DNA of 64,000 nt from Octopus vulgaris (Eukaryota). Within the stretch, counting starts at the first letter, position 1, and every line of letters begins with the position of its first letter. Positions 44,743 through 58,658 of the stretch are shown here, one piece after another. Under the pieces are notes generated by a model that had not been told where the DNA came from, made no database searches, and saw only the letters and a program-made list of their open reading frames with translations. The position numbers and the translations under genes were made by a program. The stretch is from positions 15,128,001 to 15,192,000 of the forward strand of contig OX597821.1 in NCBI GenBank assembly GCA_951406725.2, read 5' to 3'.

Positions 44743-47700
44743 GTATACACACACACACATAAACTTTCAGATTCAGATTCGTTATGCATTAAGAGCTGGA
44801 TAGCGATACATGGAAATAGCAGGGAAAATCCCAGATACATCAACACATTAATGGTTAGTGATACATTGTGAGCGAGGATAATTCGAATAATGTTGGCAAC
44901 AAAAGTAACTGAACTGATGAAGATAATAATGATGATGTGGAAAAGTAGAAATAGGGAGAGTAGCTGTAGGAGCAAGAAGTATGCAAAGGGATAAGCATCA
45001 GAAGGAGCAGGAGTTTGCTCTTAATAATAGTAATAATGGCATAAATAATAGAGTTTTGCGGGTTACGTTGTCAGTAGCAACTCTAAAATCTAGCACGTGC
45101 ATAGAAGATTATACGGGATAATATATTAGTTTATCAATTTCTCTGAAATAATAGCTGAAGATGAGATCAACAAAGCTAAATAATTATAACCAGATTAGGA
45201 TTAATGCAGATTAAAATCTCTCCTATTACATATTGAGAAACATTCAAAGTGACAAATGTAAATACATTTATGTTGAAATGAAAAGAGGTGGAAATTTATA
45301 GAAAAATCATTTTATGAAGAGAAAAGAAATAGATTGAAGTGAGAGTGTCAAGTGGAAAGAAACAAAGATTTCTACAGACAGAATGAGAGACGGAAGAAAT
45401 GATATGGATGAGGTGGGTATAAGAAGATGACTCATAATAGAATAATAGCATAGAGAGAAAGAAAAAATTATAAACCGAACTGAAGACAAATAGATGGAGA
45501 AAACGTGGTAGACACGAAGAGATAAAGAATGACTGAAGGACCTAGCTGCAGAGAAAGAAAATGACAGCTTGTAGAAGAGAAGAAGAGAGAGGGTGAATGA
45601 GAAAGGAGAGGAAGAAGGAGAGAGAGTGTGATATAGATAGAGAGAGAGAGAGAGCGGGATGAGAGGGAGGGAAGAAATTGAACGTGAGTGAATACGTGTT
45701 CAAGTGAGTGAGAAAAAGATTGATCGAAAAAGAAAGCAGAAGAAAAAGGTTTTTCAGAGAGATTGAGAAGCTTTGTATTTCATTTCACAATGCAACAGAT
45801 TTCATTTCCTGTTGTTTTATGCAAGAAAGTCCGGAAATACCGTGAAATTTCAATTGACTTTCTATAGTGCATGAAGATTTCACTATTGTTGGCAACACAG
45901 TGAATATAGCAAGTAGAACTCAACTACATGTCGACAGTCTAATCTCCGTTAATCTCCGGTTTTAATAACATTTAGCATATACTTTTAGAATTATCAGTAA
46001 TGACCGTATAGGAAACTTGGTGTCGTGTGTCTTACTTTCTGTCATGTGACTTGGCATTAAAATCAACTTTGTGCTAAATATTTCAGATAGTCACCCATGG
46101 GAAAATATACTTAATATGTAAGCTATGTCTGGTGATATAGGTCCAAGCGCGTATAAAATGAACGCAAAGAGACTTAATTATCCGGAATTTATGAGAAAGT
46201 CTTTCTTGGACTGTCAAGAAATATATACAGAACGGACTTAACGAATTTGGCCAGCTTAGGGTTAGAGAGGCCCCAGAGTATTGTTTTGCAGAACCAATGC
46301 AGCTTAGTGGGGAAGTAAAAATAATGCAAATATAAGAGAATGATGTAAGTTATAATGGCATAAATCTATTTCAGGGTTGCTAGGCTACTTTATAACGGGT
46401 ATCACTCACTATTCTTTTTATTTTTTCAGTATTGATATCTTTCAAATAATAGTCATTGCCACATGTCTGTATGTGATTATATTCAACATGTATCATATAT
46501 AACCTTTATATGATTATAATCAGTAAAGCTCTTTTCCAAAGAGAAATGCGTTTAACAAGTGTCTACATATGAACTAGGAATCGTTCTTTTCCTCTAGCAA
46601 CTCCATGGTCGTGTCATTAAGACGTTGTTTCCTATTGCTGGGTGCCATAATTGATCTGATACCCTTTTAAACGCTTAATATCTGGCTGTTTGTATGTATT
46701 TCAAAGAAGAGACTCTAAGCATTCAGTTATGTCTCCAGTTTGAGAACAAACTTCCTCCTTTCCACGCCCCAGAGAAAGACGTATTTCAGATTGTCATTGG
46801 CGCTGTTCGTCTGTCTAATGTTTAATGGAAAAATACTAAAACACGTAGTAAAAATAAGATGTATATTTTATGAAGTTAAAGTATCACTTCAAATAAAATT
46901 TATTGTAACACCTCTAACAACCACCAACTAGGCAGTAATGTTTCTCTGAGTAGCTCCCTAACTTTTTTTTCTGCTATAAACTTTTGAAAGATATTTCCTC
47001 TGGATGCAATGTAATTCAAGGGAAGGTTTCTAAAATGTTTATTCCTTCACGTAATGCTTAGGTTAATTAAATTGTATCATAATTTGAACTTGCATAATTA
47101 TGCATTCATTAGCAAGATCAACGTTTCTGAGATATTTATAACTATGATAAGAAAGCCATGTTAGTATTTTCACCGGTATTCTATATAACCGATTTACAGT
47201 AAGCTCGACTGCAACACTGCGACTTGAGGCTGTCACAAAGTGACTTGAATGTTTTTTCAGAGGTTCCTTCTGCTAGAATTTTCGTAAACAGACTTCAAAC
47301 GTTGCGAGATACGTGACAATAAACAAACTCCGCATATTCTACACGATAAGAAAGGATGATAAACCGTTTAATCACGTTGAAATCTAGAGATATGGCAGAG
47401 ATTTAACGTAGGTAGAATAATGATGTTAAAGTTACGAGTTAATTTTCAAATAAACTGACTACAAAAGACACGCATTCAACTAATTAATTCATGCTTTTCG
47501 GCTTTTGATACATACTCATTTCATAGAATAAAAATTTAGACAATAATATGTAGAATACTAAATACTCCGTTTTATTATAATAAATTCCTGTTTTAACTAA
47601 TGTACACTTCACGAGTTATACAGAATCGTTGTCAATTAACTGTTGGCCTCACGAAAAAATTATGCGTTTCATTATTAATAAAATCTTGGAAAAAGTGTCC

Positions 47701-48340
47701 TTTCCTGTGCTGGTTCTTCTGCAAATAAGAGCTCAAATCGCTAATAGATGGAAATTATTTTAGTAATTGTGGTTTTTAAATTTGATAAGAATACTAGAAA
47801 GACAGAAAATGTCTTCAAAAGATGTCCACAAACAAATAAATATCATATATAGAACATCCCTATCGCTGTTTATCGTTATTTGTTAGCAAAATGCTCGTAA
47901 ACACTTGTCTATGACATTTCGGTCTGAATATAATTTAATCGAAATGTAAACAATGAGAGCTAAAACAAATTTATTCTTATTTGTTTGTCATTCTCTTCTT
48001 CACAACATAGTTTGCACAACACAATTTTCGGCACGAATGCAGTCACAGTTCATTGCAATTTAGTAATTGCACATCGTTTTCTCCTGGAATTATATTACGA
48101 ATCATACAAACACCTATACCAGAGAACAAGCACCAGTCTTTCTTAAAATAGAAACGTTTTACTGATGTACCTCAATTTATCAATTTTTCAAAATCTTAGT
48201 TCAAACATCTTCCTTCATATATCAATTTTCGGCATTTTTCTCTTCATTCTACATCTCTTTATTTTATTATATATGTATGTGTCTATTTATATATATTTAT
48301 TTTAACTTATTTACCCATTAAGTTATTAACTTATTCATTT

Positions 48341-48375
<35 letters not shown>

Positions 48376-48524
48376 TAAAAAATGGAGTTAACGCAGGTTT
48401 AAACAAGTATTTTTACTTTCTACATATGTTTCGAAAATTTCACTGATACTTGTGAGATTTTTGCTGCCCTGGTAACTATTTATTTATTTATCCGTGTTAA
48501 TTGTTAACAAGGTAAAATACACTC

Positions 48525-48557
<33 letters not shown>

Positions 48558-49254
48558 AATTTACATAAATTGTGCGATACTCATTTATATCCCACACCAT
48601 AATTCCATCAACATCATCATCATTAATACCTTTATGAACGTGTACGTGTATGTATAAGTACATGTTACGTGCATATACATGCTAACAGGTATTTAAAACG
48701 TATGCATTATTTTTATTTATTTATGCGCATCTGGGAATATAAATGAGTTCATATTAATATCGTATAGGTGTAACATGTAAGCATCATTACAGGTATTATG
48801 TATCAATGTTTGCATATATATACATATGTATGCATATATATGTGTTAGTGTGTGTGAGTATGTGTGTGAGTGAGTATTCACGTGCATATACATATATTTA
48901 TATATCTGTGTATACTTATATGTGAATGTGTTCATGTACATGTACGTACAAATGTTTCATTTTTGTTTTACCTTCTCCCTTCCACAGCAATAAATATACA
49001 TTTATCAATTTCATGTGACGGTGTAGTATGTGCGTATGATTGCATGTATATATGTTCCAAATGCACGCATGTACACACATACACGTACGCAAGGAGACAC
49101 ACTCAGAGGCACGCACGCATACACACGCACGCACGCGCACACACACACACACATGCCTATGTGTGTATATATGTATTTATGTATTTGCCCACGGATCGCA
49201 AGCACACTCTCACACACGTGTGTGTTTGTGCGTTTGAGTGAGTGTGTAAAGGAA

Positions 49255-49508
49255 GCTCCCGTCGAAGGCGACGTATAAGCGTTCAGCTTCTGCCGATCGA
49301 CCTCCATAAATGATTTGCTTATAGTGATCAAATGTTTGACCCGCACATTACTTCACTCTCTCCACTAAAATCACGCGTCAGGTGTCGAGGCAATCGTAGA
49401 GCAACTTGAGATAAAGTGTTTTGTTCAAGATCATAACGACCCTTCCGGCCTAAGATTTGAAATCACGATCGCTAATGCAACACCCTAACCACTAAATCAT
49501 GCGCCTCA
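49255..49508 (-). mobile_element. SINE group C variant
   Basis: Plus strand CACCCTAACCACTAAATCATGCGCCTC (reversed head) and AAAGTGTTTTGTTCAAGA. Confidence 0.7.
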
Positions 49509-49811
49509 CAGTGAGAGAAAGAGAGAGAGGGGAGAAGCAAGAAAGAGGGATATAGTAGAAAGAGAGAAGGACGAAGAGAACGATAGAGAGATCGATACAT
49601 AGATGTTTATAATACATTAAAGTCATTTCATCATATTTTAAATATTTTCTATCCTTTAGTTGTGGTCCATGTGCTGACGCTTGTATAACTATGAGTATCT
49701 ATATTTAAGGTTGTAATAGTGTCAATATACGGGCAGAGCTATTTGGGTATATTTCCATATGTGTGTCATTATGCATCTATGAAGGTGTGTTTATATATAT
49801 ATATATATATA

Positions 49812-50188
49812 ATGGCAGTATCGCCCGGCGTTGCTCGGGTTTGTAACGGAAATAACTATATAAGCATTTTTAGAGATGTAAAGTATAATAGCCATCTCAA
49901 TATGGCTAACCACAAAGGGGGGTGTTACTGTAGCATTTTACGTTCTGAGATTTAATAATACATTTTTAGAGAGTTACTTCCTTTATATATGCCAAAAATG
50001 CATTAAAATGAGAAAAATTGATGGTAATTTTTTTTTTTAATCGTAGACTAATCGTAGACGCGCGCTAATACCCAGAAGGGCTCGATATGAATCACGACTA
50101 TAAATACCCGGTTTTGGTTAAACTGCACCGCAAAATGTGGGAGTAGTTAGGAATCTAAATTGTAGGAGACAGACAGCACACAACCTCA

Positions 50189-50200
<12 letters not shown>
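49812..50200 (-). mobile_element. Non-autonomous Helitron-like element
   Basis: Minus 5' end TATATAAAAGTGAGGTTGTGTGCTGTCTGTC; subterminal hairpin CCCGAGCAACGCCGGG about 10 nt before a degenerate CTAG end (CCAT); no TIR or TSD; sits in (TA)n. Confidence 0.7.
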
Positions 50201-50237
<37 letters not shown>

Positions 50238-51769
50238 GTATGCGTGTCTCCAGGAAATACCGGATAAACCACCTACACCTGTATACGTCTCAACCAGCAA
50301 CAACTCACTGCTTGAGTGGTCCATGGTGTCCCGAAATAACTAACCGAAAGACTTTTCCAAGTGGTTCTATTGAGTTAGTCATGGCCTGGGTCAATAACAG
50401 CCAAAACAAATCTAGGTTATCTAAGTTATCTATCTATCTACACACATACACACACACACACACACAAATATAAGTTTGTATATACATATGTATATATATA
50501 CAGATATTTTGCAAGTATACTTACTACACAAACACACATGTATGTATGTGTGTGTATATATACATATATGTATATATATATATATATATATATACTTTGT
50601 ATAATTAATGTTGTTTGGGTCTTACAATTCCCAATTTAATGAAATCGTTTATGTGTGATCGCAACGTAACTGTCTTTACATAAGAAAAAAAATATTACAA
50701 TTACGTTTACGAAAGGGAATGATGTGCATTATTACCGCAGTCAAAACCGAGCGTAAACCTGGCGATATAATGAAACTTATTATGCCACGCATCTCACGCA
50801 TGAATCATAACTTTCAAATTAATATAAACTATGTAAGCATTTTAAAGGTTAACAATTACCACACATCTCATAAAAGACATTGTATTATTGAACAGATCAA
50901 TTTTCCTTCACAGAAACGAGAAAGCTGGTTCACAGGATGAAGACTCCATAGCGTGCAATTTTATTCCATTAAAATATTTCCTTTTCAAATCAGATTCTGG
51001 AGACAAGCTCTGTTTATTATGCCGTCGTTGTATCAAATCGTGATATTTGTTGAAAAGGATAAAGTAAAAAATCTATCTGCGAATACAACCATTGATGATA
51101 TTGTGCTATTGTTAGAAATGTGCTCTAAAGTGGCTATGCATCTGTATAAAGTAGGTTAAAATACAGAATTTACGATAAAATGTGGATTTTAAATATCAGG
51201 GTTATTAATTGCCCTCATGGGGTTTTAGAAGCATTGTATTCATGTATGGGGTTTTAGAAGTATGTATTCATGTATAGACGCCTACATATATGTATGTGCT
51301 TGTGCATGTGTACGAGCCTGTGTGAGCATGCGTCTGTCCTGTTTCGATTATGTTGCGTGTGACTTGAAGCAGCTTTTGTAGCTCCTTGATGTAGTTATTA
51401 CTGTTATGTAGACATTATAGGCTTTGCGTCAACATACATATGTATATACACATAAATACGTATACACGCGCAAACCATACATACACACAAGGCTGAGCAG
51501 GACTAAATGTGAAGCACTATAACAATTTGAGGGGTGAGCCATTACTTTTAAATTAATTCTAATTTAAATCTGTAATTTTGTAAAAGTCATGCGAGGGAGA
51601 CAAATAAATAGAGAGTAAAGTGGTAATAAATTTGATCTTTGGCCGAGATGTAAAGTCTCTGGTCATATGCCCACTTCTGGACCATTATTATCTAAGCATT
51701 TTATAGATGGATGCTTTTGTGTATATAATTTCCGTATGCATATGATGATAGAATAATATGTTATTTTGC

Positions 51770-51941
51770 GACATCACTGGACACGTAAGCAAACCAATAT
51801 CCGCTGTCAAGCTTTGGTACGGGATAAATACACAAAGACTCCCACAAACATAAATACGTTTACGTACATATAATATATGCGTACACGCACACATACATAC
51901 ATACATACATACATACATGCATGCATGCATACATACATACA

Positions 51942-51991
<50 letters not shown>

Positions 51992-52300
51992 ATCCAAAGC
52001 ATGAAAACACAAAAAAACACAACGCGAGGACGTGGAACAAATATAGTATTATTGGACGCCCAGGAAAGAAGGAAAGAAGGAGGGTTTAACGTTTCGAGCG
52101 GAGCTCTTCGTCGGAAACATAGGAGAAGGAAAGATCCAGAGAAGGGAAAACAGAGGAAAAAAATCGTCTACGGTACACACGAGGTCACATTTTGAAATTA
52201 TACATATATATATAATCGATGGATTTCTTTCAGCTTTTCTCTACCATTTCCACTCACGAAACATGCACTCAACACCAGATAGTTGGGAAGCAAGCTTCTA
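51770..52300 (-). mobile_element. Old SINE group B copy whose internal microsatellite hosts the 51988-52197 element
   Basis: 3' part GGACACGTAAGCAAACCAATATCCGCTGTCAAGC and 5' part TTCTTTCAGCTTTTCTCTACCATTTCCACTCAC flank the insert. Confidence 0.6.
51988..52197 (-). mobile_element. Short HHR-bearing element, same family as 23629-23835
   Basis: Minus strand GTTT-CCGACGA-A-GAGC-TCC-GCTC-GAAA-CG-TT-AAAC at 52084-52118. Confidence 0.72.
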
Positions 52301-53019
52301 ATGTATACACCCGCATTCGTGTCTATATTAAGATCATACAGTTTAAATATAAAAAAATATATACAATACAATATTGAAAATAAACGAAAAATGTCAAAGA
52401 AATGAGACTAATATGAAAACAGATCCTACAAGGGTTTCTAACTTACTTTTTAGCGTATAACTGAAGTAAAAGGCTTTGTTCGTCATCTTCTTCATTTCCT
52501 CCACCATCACCAGCGGTTCTGGTTCCAGCATACATATTTTTAAAGAACTTTTACACCGCAAGAAAGGCCAATGTTAGATCGTTTAATAAATCACAAGCTT
52601 CAGTTACTTCAAGACGATTCCATGGCGAATAATTAACATTGAAATGGTTTATACGGTTTTTTATCGTCTTGTATAAATTTATACAAATATATTTATATAA
52701 ATTTTCATGTGAACATGAGCGTACGTATTTTTCCAGGTTCAGGGTATGTTAAAAGTATTTATCCTTTCTGGTTTATATCCTTCTTACTCCAAGTAATTCA
52801 GACGTGTACGTGTGAAGTTGTTTCAAAACTTAATTTTCAGCATGCACTACATCCATTAGAACAATAATTACATTGATATTGTATTTTTCTATAATACTAA
52901 TTGCATTATATGGTTACATTAATATGATAATTCGTGTATAAATGTTGTATGTACTTTTATATCTATTTGAACGGAGAGAGTGTGTGACAGATCTATTGAA
53001 AGGTTGATAGATATACATA

Positions 53020-53220
53020 AACCGATAGATACGTAAATAGATAAATAGATCGATAGATAAATAGATAGATAGACAAATACATAGACAAAGAGATAGATAG
53101 ATAGATAGACAAATAGATAGATAGACAGATAGATAGACAAATAGATATATAGACTGATAGATAGATAGACAAATAGATAGATAGACAGATAGATAGATAG
53201 ATAAATAGATAGATAGACAG
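53020..53220. repeat. Degenerate (GATA/GACA)n
   Basis: Directly visible. Confidence 0.9.
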
Positions 53221-53685
53221 GTGAATATATAGAAAGATATGATATGTTTACAGTGAAGAAGATGCAAATATATATCTGGTAGGAAAATACACGGAATGAA
53301 GTACAACCTCAACTCTCTTATGCAGAAATAAATAAAATACTGAAAATATAAGTCTAATAGCAAACACACACTACCAGCTTTAAATCAGGTGAAAATATAC
53401 GTTAATTGCAGTATTATTTTATGCATATTATGCGCGAGTTAATCTTACGGATTTTCTGGTAGGTACGCATACGAACAGGGTAAAGCAACAACAACAAGAA
53501 GAACAAGAACAACAACAGATATTTATAAAATTTACTATGACCGTGATGTCAGCATAAGTAGTGCAACACCTTCAAGTGCATAAATACTAATGAACAGCAA
53601 ATTAATACTAATGAAACACTACTTCTCCTACCATTACTACTACTACTACTACTACTACTAATACTACTAATACTACTACAACAAC

Positions 53686-53875
53686 AAAGCCTGAAATTTG
53701 GGGAAAGGAGGCAAGTATATTACACCGACCCCAGTGCGTAAGTGGTACTTATTTCATCGATCCCGAAAGGATGCAAGGCAATGTCGACTTCGACAGAATT
53801 TAATCTCAGAAGGTGAGGACGGACGAAACAGCTAAACATTTTGCCTGCCCTGCTAACGATTCTGCCAGCTCGCGG
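53686..53875 (-). mobile_element. SINE group A
   Basis: GGTACTTATTTCATCGATCCCGAAAGGATG..GCTAACGATTCTGCCAGCTCGC. Confidence 0.85.
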
Positions 53876-53888
53876 GCTTGCTGCCACA

Positions 53889-53950
<62 letters not shown>

Positions 53951-53951
<1 letters not shown>

Positions 53952-54228
53952 GTACTGAAACCTATTTGAAAATGATACCAGGCTTACCATCCCTACGGGA
54001 AGTGCAAAAACTCGTGTTAACTGCAAAGACTCATATACTGAGAAGAGCATTATCGCTGTGTAAATAACATCCATTCATGAATTTATATTTATTTATTTTT
54101 TAAATACATATTTTACCTATGAATTTGCGTATGTAATCTGGGAATGCTTACAATGAGCTTCTCTGCCCTAGGTGTACGGAAAACACTCGGTGAGAAATGG
54201 AAGAAAATTTGAAGAAAGAAGGAAATAA

Positions 54229-54230
<2 letters not shown>
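53951..54230 (+). mobile_element. R4/Dong-like non-LTR retrotransposon 3' end inserted in (TAA)n
   Basis: Translation from 53951 RTETYLKMIPGLPSLREVQKLVLTAKTHILRRALSLCK* matches the restriction-like endonuclease C-terminus (IPG..S..E.QK..L.GTAHILR); (TAA)n on both sides, the known Dong target. Confidence 0.8.
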
Positions 54231-54262
<32 letters not shown>

Positions 54263-54264
54263 GT

Positions 54265-54845
54265 CGTTTCAAATTTTTGTACAAGTTCAACAGATATGAG
54301 TGATTTTCGTTGGGTTACTTGATACCACCACGCCCAATTCTTCAGTGGTTCTATATTTCAATAAGTCTGAAATGCTCAAAGTTGAATTTCTAAAGCGGAA
54401 TTTGAACTCAGAACGTGAAGTGGAAGAAACGTTTATCCGATGCTCTGATTGTTCTGCCAATCTATCGCCCTACTATTAATGATAATGATTTCAAATTTCG
54501 TACAAGGCTAGTAATTTTATGCGAAGGGTGTTCGTCAATAAGATCGATCACAGAGCTCATCTGGTATTTATTTTATTGACCCCAAAAGGATGACAGGTAC
54601 AGTTGAACTCTGAACGTAATGAATATGAAGAATTATCACTACGCTTTTTGTCTAGTGTGGTTACAATTCTGCCAGCTTGCCGATTTAAATGCCTTCCAAT
54701 TCTTAGCACAACACCATCAGTTTTTGAGGAAAACGCATAGTCAATGACGTCGTCCCTAGAGCTCAACTGGAACTCACTCATCTTATCGACCCGGAATGTA
54801 TAAAAGGCAAAGTCGACTTCGGTGGGGTTTGAACTTAGAACAAGG
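54265..54845 (-). mobile_element. Three diverged head-to-tail SINE group A copies
   Basis: GGAATTTGAACTCAGAACG, TTGACCCCAAAAGGATGA, TCTGCCAGCTTGCCG and AAAGGCAAAGTCGACTTCGG motifs. Confidence 0.7.
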
Positions 54846-55964
54846 GTGACAATACTGTGGAGAGATTAGCCTCAAATATGTAAGGAGAGCAAATCGAAAC
54901 TCAAAACGAGATTGATTGATGAATAAAAAGAAAAAGACAAACAAACAGATATACTGATTCATGATGATGGGTTCTTCGTTCCTCTCAGTGACCATTATTG
55001 AAGCTTTTAAAGTAACTGAATTCCTAGGCCTGAAATCCGTGTATATGCTCTGCTGAGTATTGCAAGAAACAGCTGTATAGTTAATGTAATTAAAAGTGAG
55101 TAAAATTACTTTGATACAATCTGATATGGTCGGATCTTTGATATGCAGGGACAGACGAAAAAGATAAATGGAGATCACGGGAAAAAAGAAACTGAGCCAG
55201 CATTGTAATGATACTTTATTTAGCAACTTACAAAGATGAAAGGCAACGGTTATCTTATAGAGATTTGTTCTGAGATCACAGAAAGCAGAACTGACATCGT
55301 GAGGTTTACTATCCGATGCACTAACGATCCTACCAATTAAGGCTTTCGCCAAGAAAAACTGTTAGATAAGTATTAATAAAATTGGGAAGCTAAAAACGTG
55401 ACAAAGTCGGTATTCTAATTAAAATGAGACATATACGTATATATGTATGTATACACATATATAGTGAAATGCGGAAATTTGTTGGAGATAAACAATAATA
55501 TGTAGACACGTTCATGGATCGAAAGAAGTGTAAAGATGAAAGGTTGGGAAACTGTAGAAGGCAGATTGTAGATGATAACATAGCGAGCGATAGATAAGTT
55601 AAATGGATAAACAACTGTAGTTCATAATGAGAAAGGGAGAGACATTTGAAACGGAGCGAGAGTTAGACTGAGATGGGAAAGAGAGACTGGTGGCAATTGA
55701 AATGAACTGGAATGAGCAAAGTTTAAAGAAAATACAAGTGCTAATCTCACTAATTGTATACTTATATTAGTTGAATGAAGGGAGATAAATCTTCAGTTAA
55801 GAAGACACACCTAACTGTTTTTGTCACTGGCCCACTTTAAGCAAACACCAAGATAAATCATATTTTACTCATATCACCACTTAAATATTTGCCCAAGCTA
55901 AAATTCACCAAATAACTTCATTTTCACAAAGATACATCAAATTTAGTCTATAAACTTAGTGTTA

Positions 55965-56172
55965 TTCTTTTCTACTCTAGGTACAATTTTAGGGGAGGGG
56001 ACCAGTCGATTTGATCGACCCTTGTACGTAACTGGTACTTAATTTATCGTCATCGAAAGGATCAAAGGCAAAGTCGACCCCAGCGGAATTTGAACTCAGA
56101 ACGTAAGGATAGACAAAATACTGCTAAGTATTTCGCCCGGCGTGATGACGATTCTGCCAGCTCGACGCCTTA
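55965..56172 (-). mobile_element. SINE group A
   Basis: AACTGGTACTTAATTTATCG..GGCAAAGTCGACC..ATTCTGCCAGCTCGACGCC. Confidence 0.88.
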
Positions 56173-56364
56173 CTTAGGTTTATTATTAAATAGCAAAAGA
56201 ATATACATTGAAAACATATACACGAAGCTATGTAACTGCATGTGTGTGTGTATGTATCATGTAATCGATTCCGACGTACGAGAATCCATCTTTCTGATCA
56301 AAAGGACAGCATGTTCAAAGAATTGGCGGACGTAAAAATGAGTTGGAAATTTGACAGATTCTTA

Positions 56365-56540
56365 TATCTTTTATACTCTATGCAGAAGGCCCGAACTTTT
56401 TGGGAAGGTGGCCAGTCAACTAGATTGTCCCCAGTACGCAACTGGTACTTAAGTTATCGACCCTGAGAGGATGAAATGCAAAGTCGACCTCCGCGGTATT
56501 TGAACTCAGAACGTAAAGACAGACAAAATGCCGCCACCTT
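56365..56540 (-). mobile_element. SINE group A, head deleted
   Basis: CCCCAGTACGCAACTGGTACTT..CAAAGTCGACCTCCGCGGTATTTGAACTCAGAACG. Confidence 0.85.
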
Positions 56541-57344
56541 TGCAGATTCTAATATCGTTAACGTAATGCTTAGGCAGATTCATTGTGACACAAACAGGAT
56601 ACGGCTAGACCTTTGAATTACAGGAACAGTCAATCCAATGTGCCACCATGACATTTCTGTTTTACCCATATTCATTCACAAATCTTGAATCTATCTGATT
56701 ATGATAAATGCACTTGCTGTGGTTGTCACTAAGTTGGATCAAACTCAAGACTTTATGACTGGAAAGTGAACTACTTAACCGTTCAACCTTAACCCACGTT
56801 TGCATTCTTATACAAGTATACTGACTCACACACATGCATACACTGATAATGACAAGCATAGATATGTGGTTAAGTAGTTAGCTTCGCAACTATTTATCCC
56901 AGATCCTAAATAAGCGACGTACTTTAAAATTTTATATACCATTAAATAAATTTGGTGCTCAGCAAATTTGATCTATAATACAAGTATTAGAACAAAATAA
57001 TACTGGTGTCGATATGGTCACCTAAAACTCACTTGAAGGGACGAGTCCCAGCATCTTCCATGATACTCAAAAATTAGCAATGTTCTGTGATATACATTAG
57101 CTAAATTACCAACCCCATCACTATCAAACGGCAGGCTTGCAGTTAAAAGCATGATGTATATAGTTAATATGACGAGGTTCAAACTAAAGTTGTGTTAATG
57201 CCTATTTTCTTGCTTAGACTAGGTATTGGCTAGCTTAGAATCAATAGCGTTCTAATGTTAGCTATCCCACATTATGTTTTATTTTATTTTTGTCAGTATA
57301 TTTCAGGTTACATTGGGCAATATAGTGTTTCTTATTTGACAAGA

Positions 57345-57645
57345 TGAAAAAAACGACCACTTCGCTCATGAATGACCATGAGATTGCACCTAGAGACTTC
57401 TCCTCCGAAGGTTGTTTATGGTAGACCAGCAGTCGCCCATGCATACCAGCCTCCCGTCTCCGTGTTGCCAAGGGAAAGGCAAAAGCCGATACAGCTTGGC
57501 ACCAGTGACGTCACAACTCATTTCTACAGCTGAGAGAATAGGAGCAAAATGAAATAAAGTGTCTTGCCGAAGAACACAGCACACAGCCTGGTTCGGAAAT
57601 CGAACTCACCACTTCATGATTGTGAGTCTGATGCTCTAAGCACTA
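57345..57645 (-). mobile_element. SINE group C variant with another distinct 3' module
   Basis: Reversed tRNA head (GGAAATCGAACTCAC..GCTCTAAGCACT), AAAGTGTCTTGCCGAAGAACAC, tail GCATGGGCGACTGCTGGTCTACCATAAACAACC on minus. Confidence 0.75.
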
Positions 57646-57991
57646 TATTAAGCCAAGAGGGGTGGCTAATATGGAACCCACCTTTCTTTGTATCAGAGGA
57701 AACTATTTTACTTTCGTCTCATACTGCAAACAGCAGAGATTAATTACCTGTAAATAAATAAGCAGTTGAAAGCATAGTTAGAAAATTTAACCCTAAGAAG
57801 ATTTTACGGTTGTGCCACAGACTCACAATTTCATATTCGAATGATGTGTATAACATACAAAATTGATCACGCATTTACACATTTAGAAGCAAAATATATG
57901 TATGTATTTATGAAAGCATGTATGTTTGTCTCTTTCTAAATACATATGTATATTCATACACATATAAAAAATATATACATACATTATATAA

Positions 57992-58044
<53 letters not shown>

Positions 58045-58131
58045 CATGTATATATACATATATACACACACATATATATATATATATACACACACACACA
58101 CCTGCATATGTACATACTTACATGTAAACAT

Positions 58132-58183
<52 letters not shown>

Positions 58184-58492
58184 ATAACTGCTTATAGCTA
58201 CATTATTTACACATTACAAAAAAATAATTTCCGAAGCATGAATCCATACACAAACTGAAATAGACATGGATTGACGGTCTTAGAAAGTTAATTATATTTT
58301 CAGAAAAACGTTCACAGAAGCACGCATGGGAACGTACACAATCATAAATATAACGCATGTACAAACTGATATATGTAGGATGTGATATGTTTTTATCATG
58401 TTATGTAGGCGTGCATTAGTAAGACTTTCATGAACATTCTTATGTTAGTTAGAATTTAACACAGACGTAAGCGAGAATACCAACTGCATGTT

Positions 58493-58581
58493 ACAGAAAG
58501 ATAGAGGAACCGAGAGACTTACTTACATAAATAGAGGTTATACATACATACATACATACATAGATGTTTATATATACATTC

Positions 58582-58658
<77 letters not shown>

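Noticed and set aside
46195-46345. RCC1-repeat-like peptide GLNEFGQLR..PMQL..VKIMQI with a nearby GTAAGT
   Set aside because: The key GQLG glycine is absent, an in-frame TAA precedes the donor, the acceptor lacks a pyrimidine tract, and there are no further repeats; treated as chance.
54783-55352. 189-aa ORF
   Set aside because: Both ends run through SINE A remnants; no recognisable domain.
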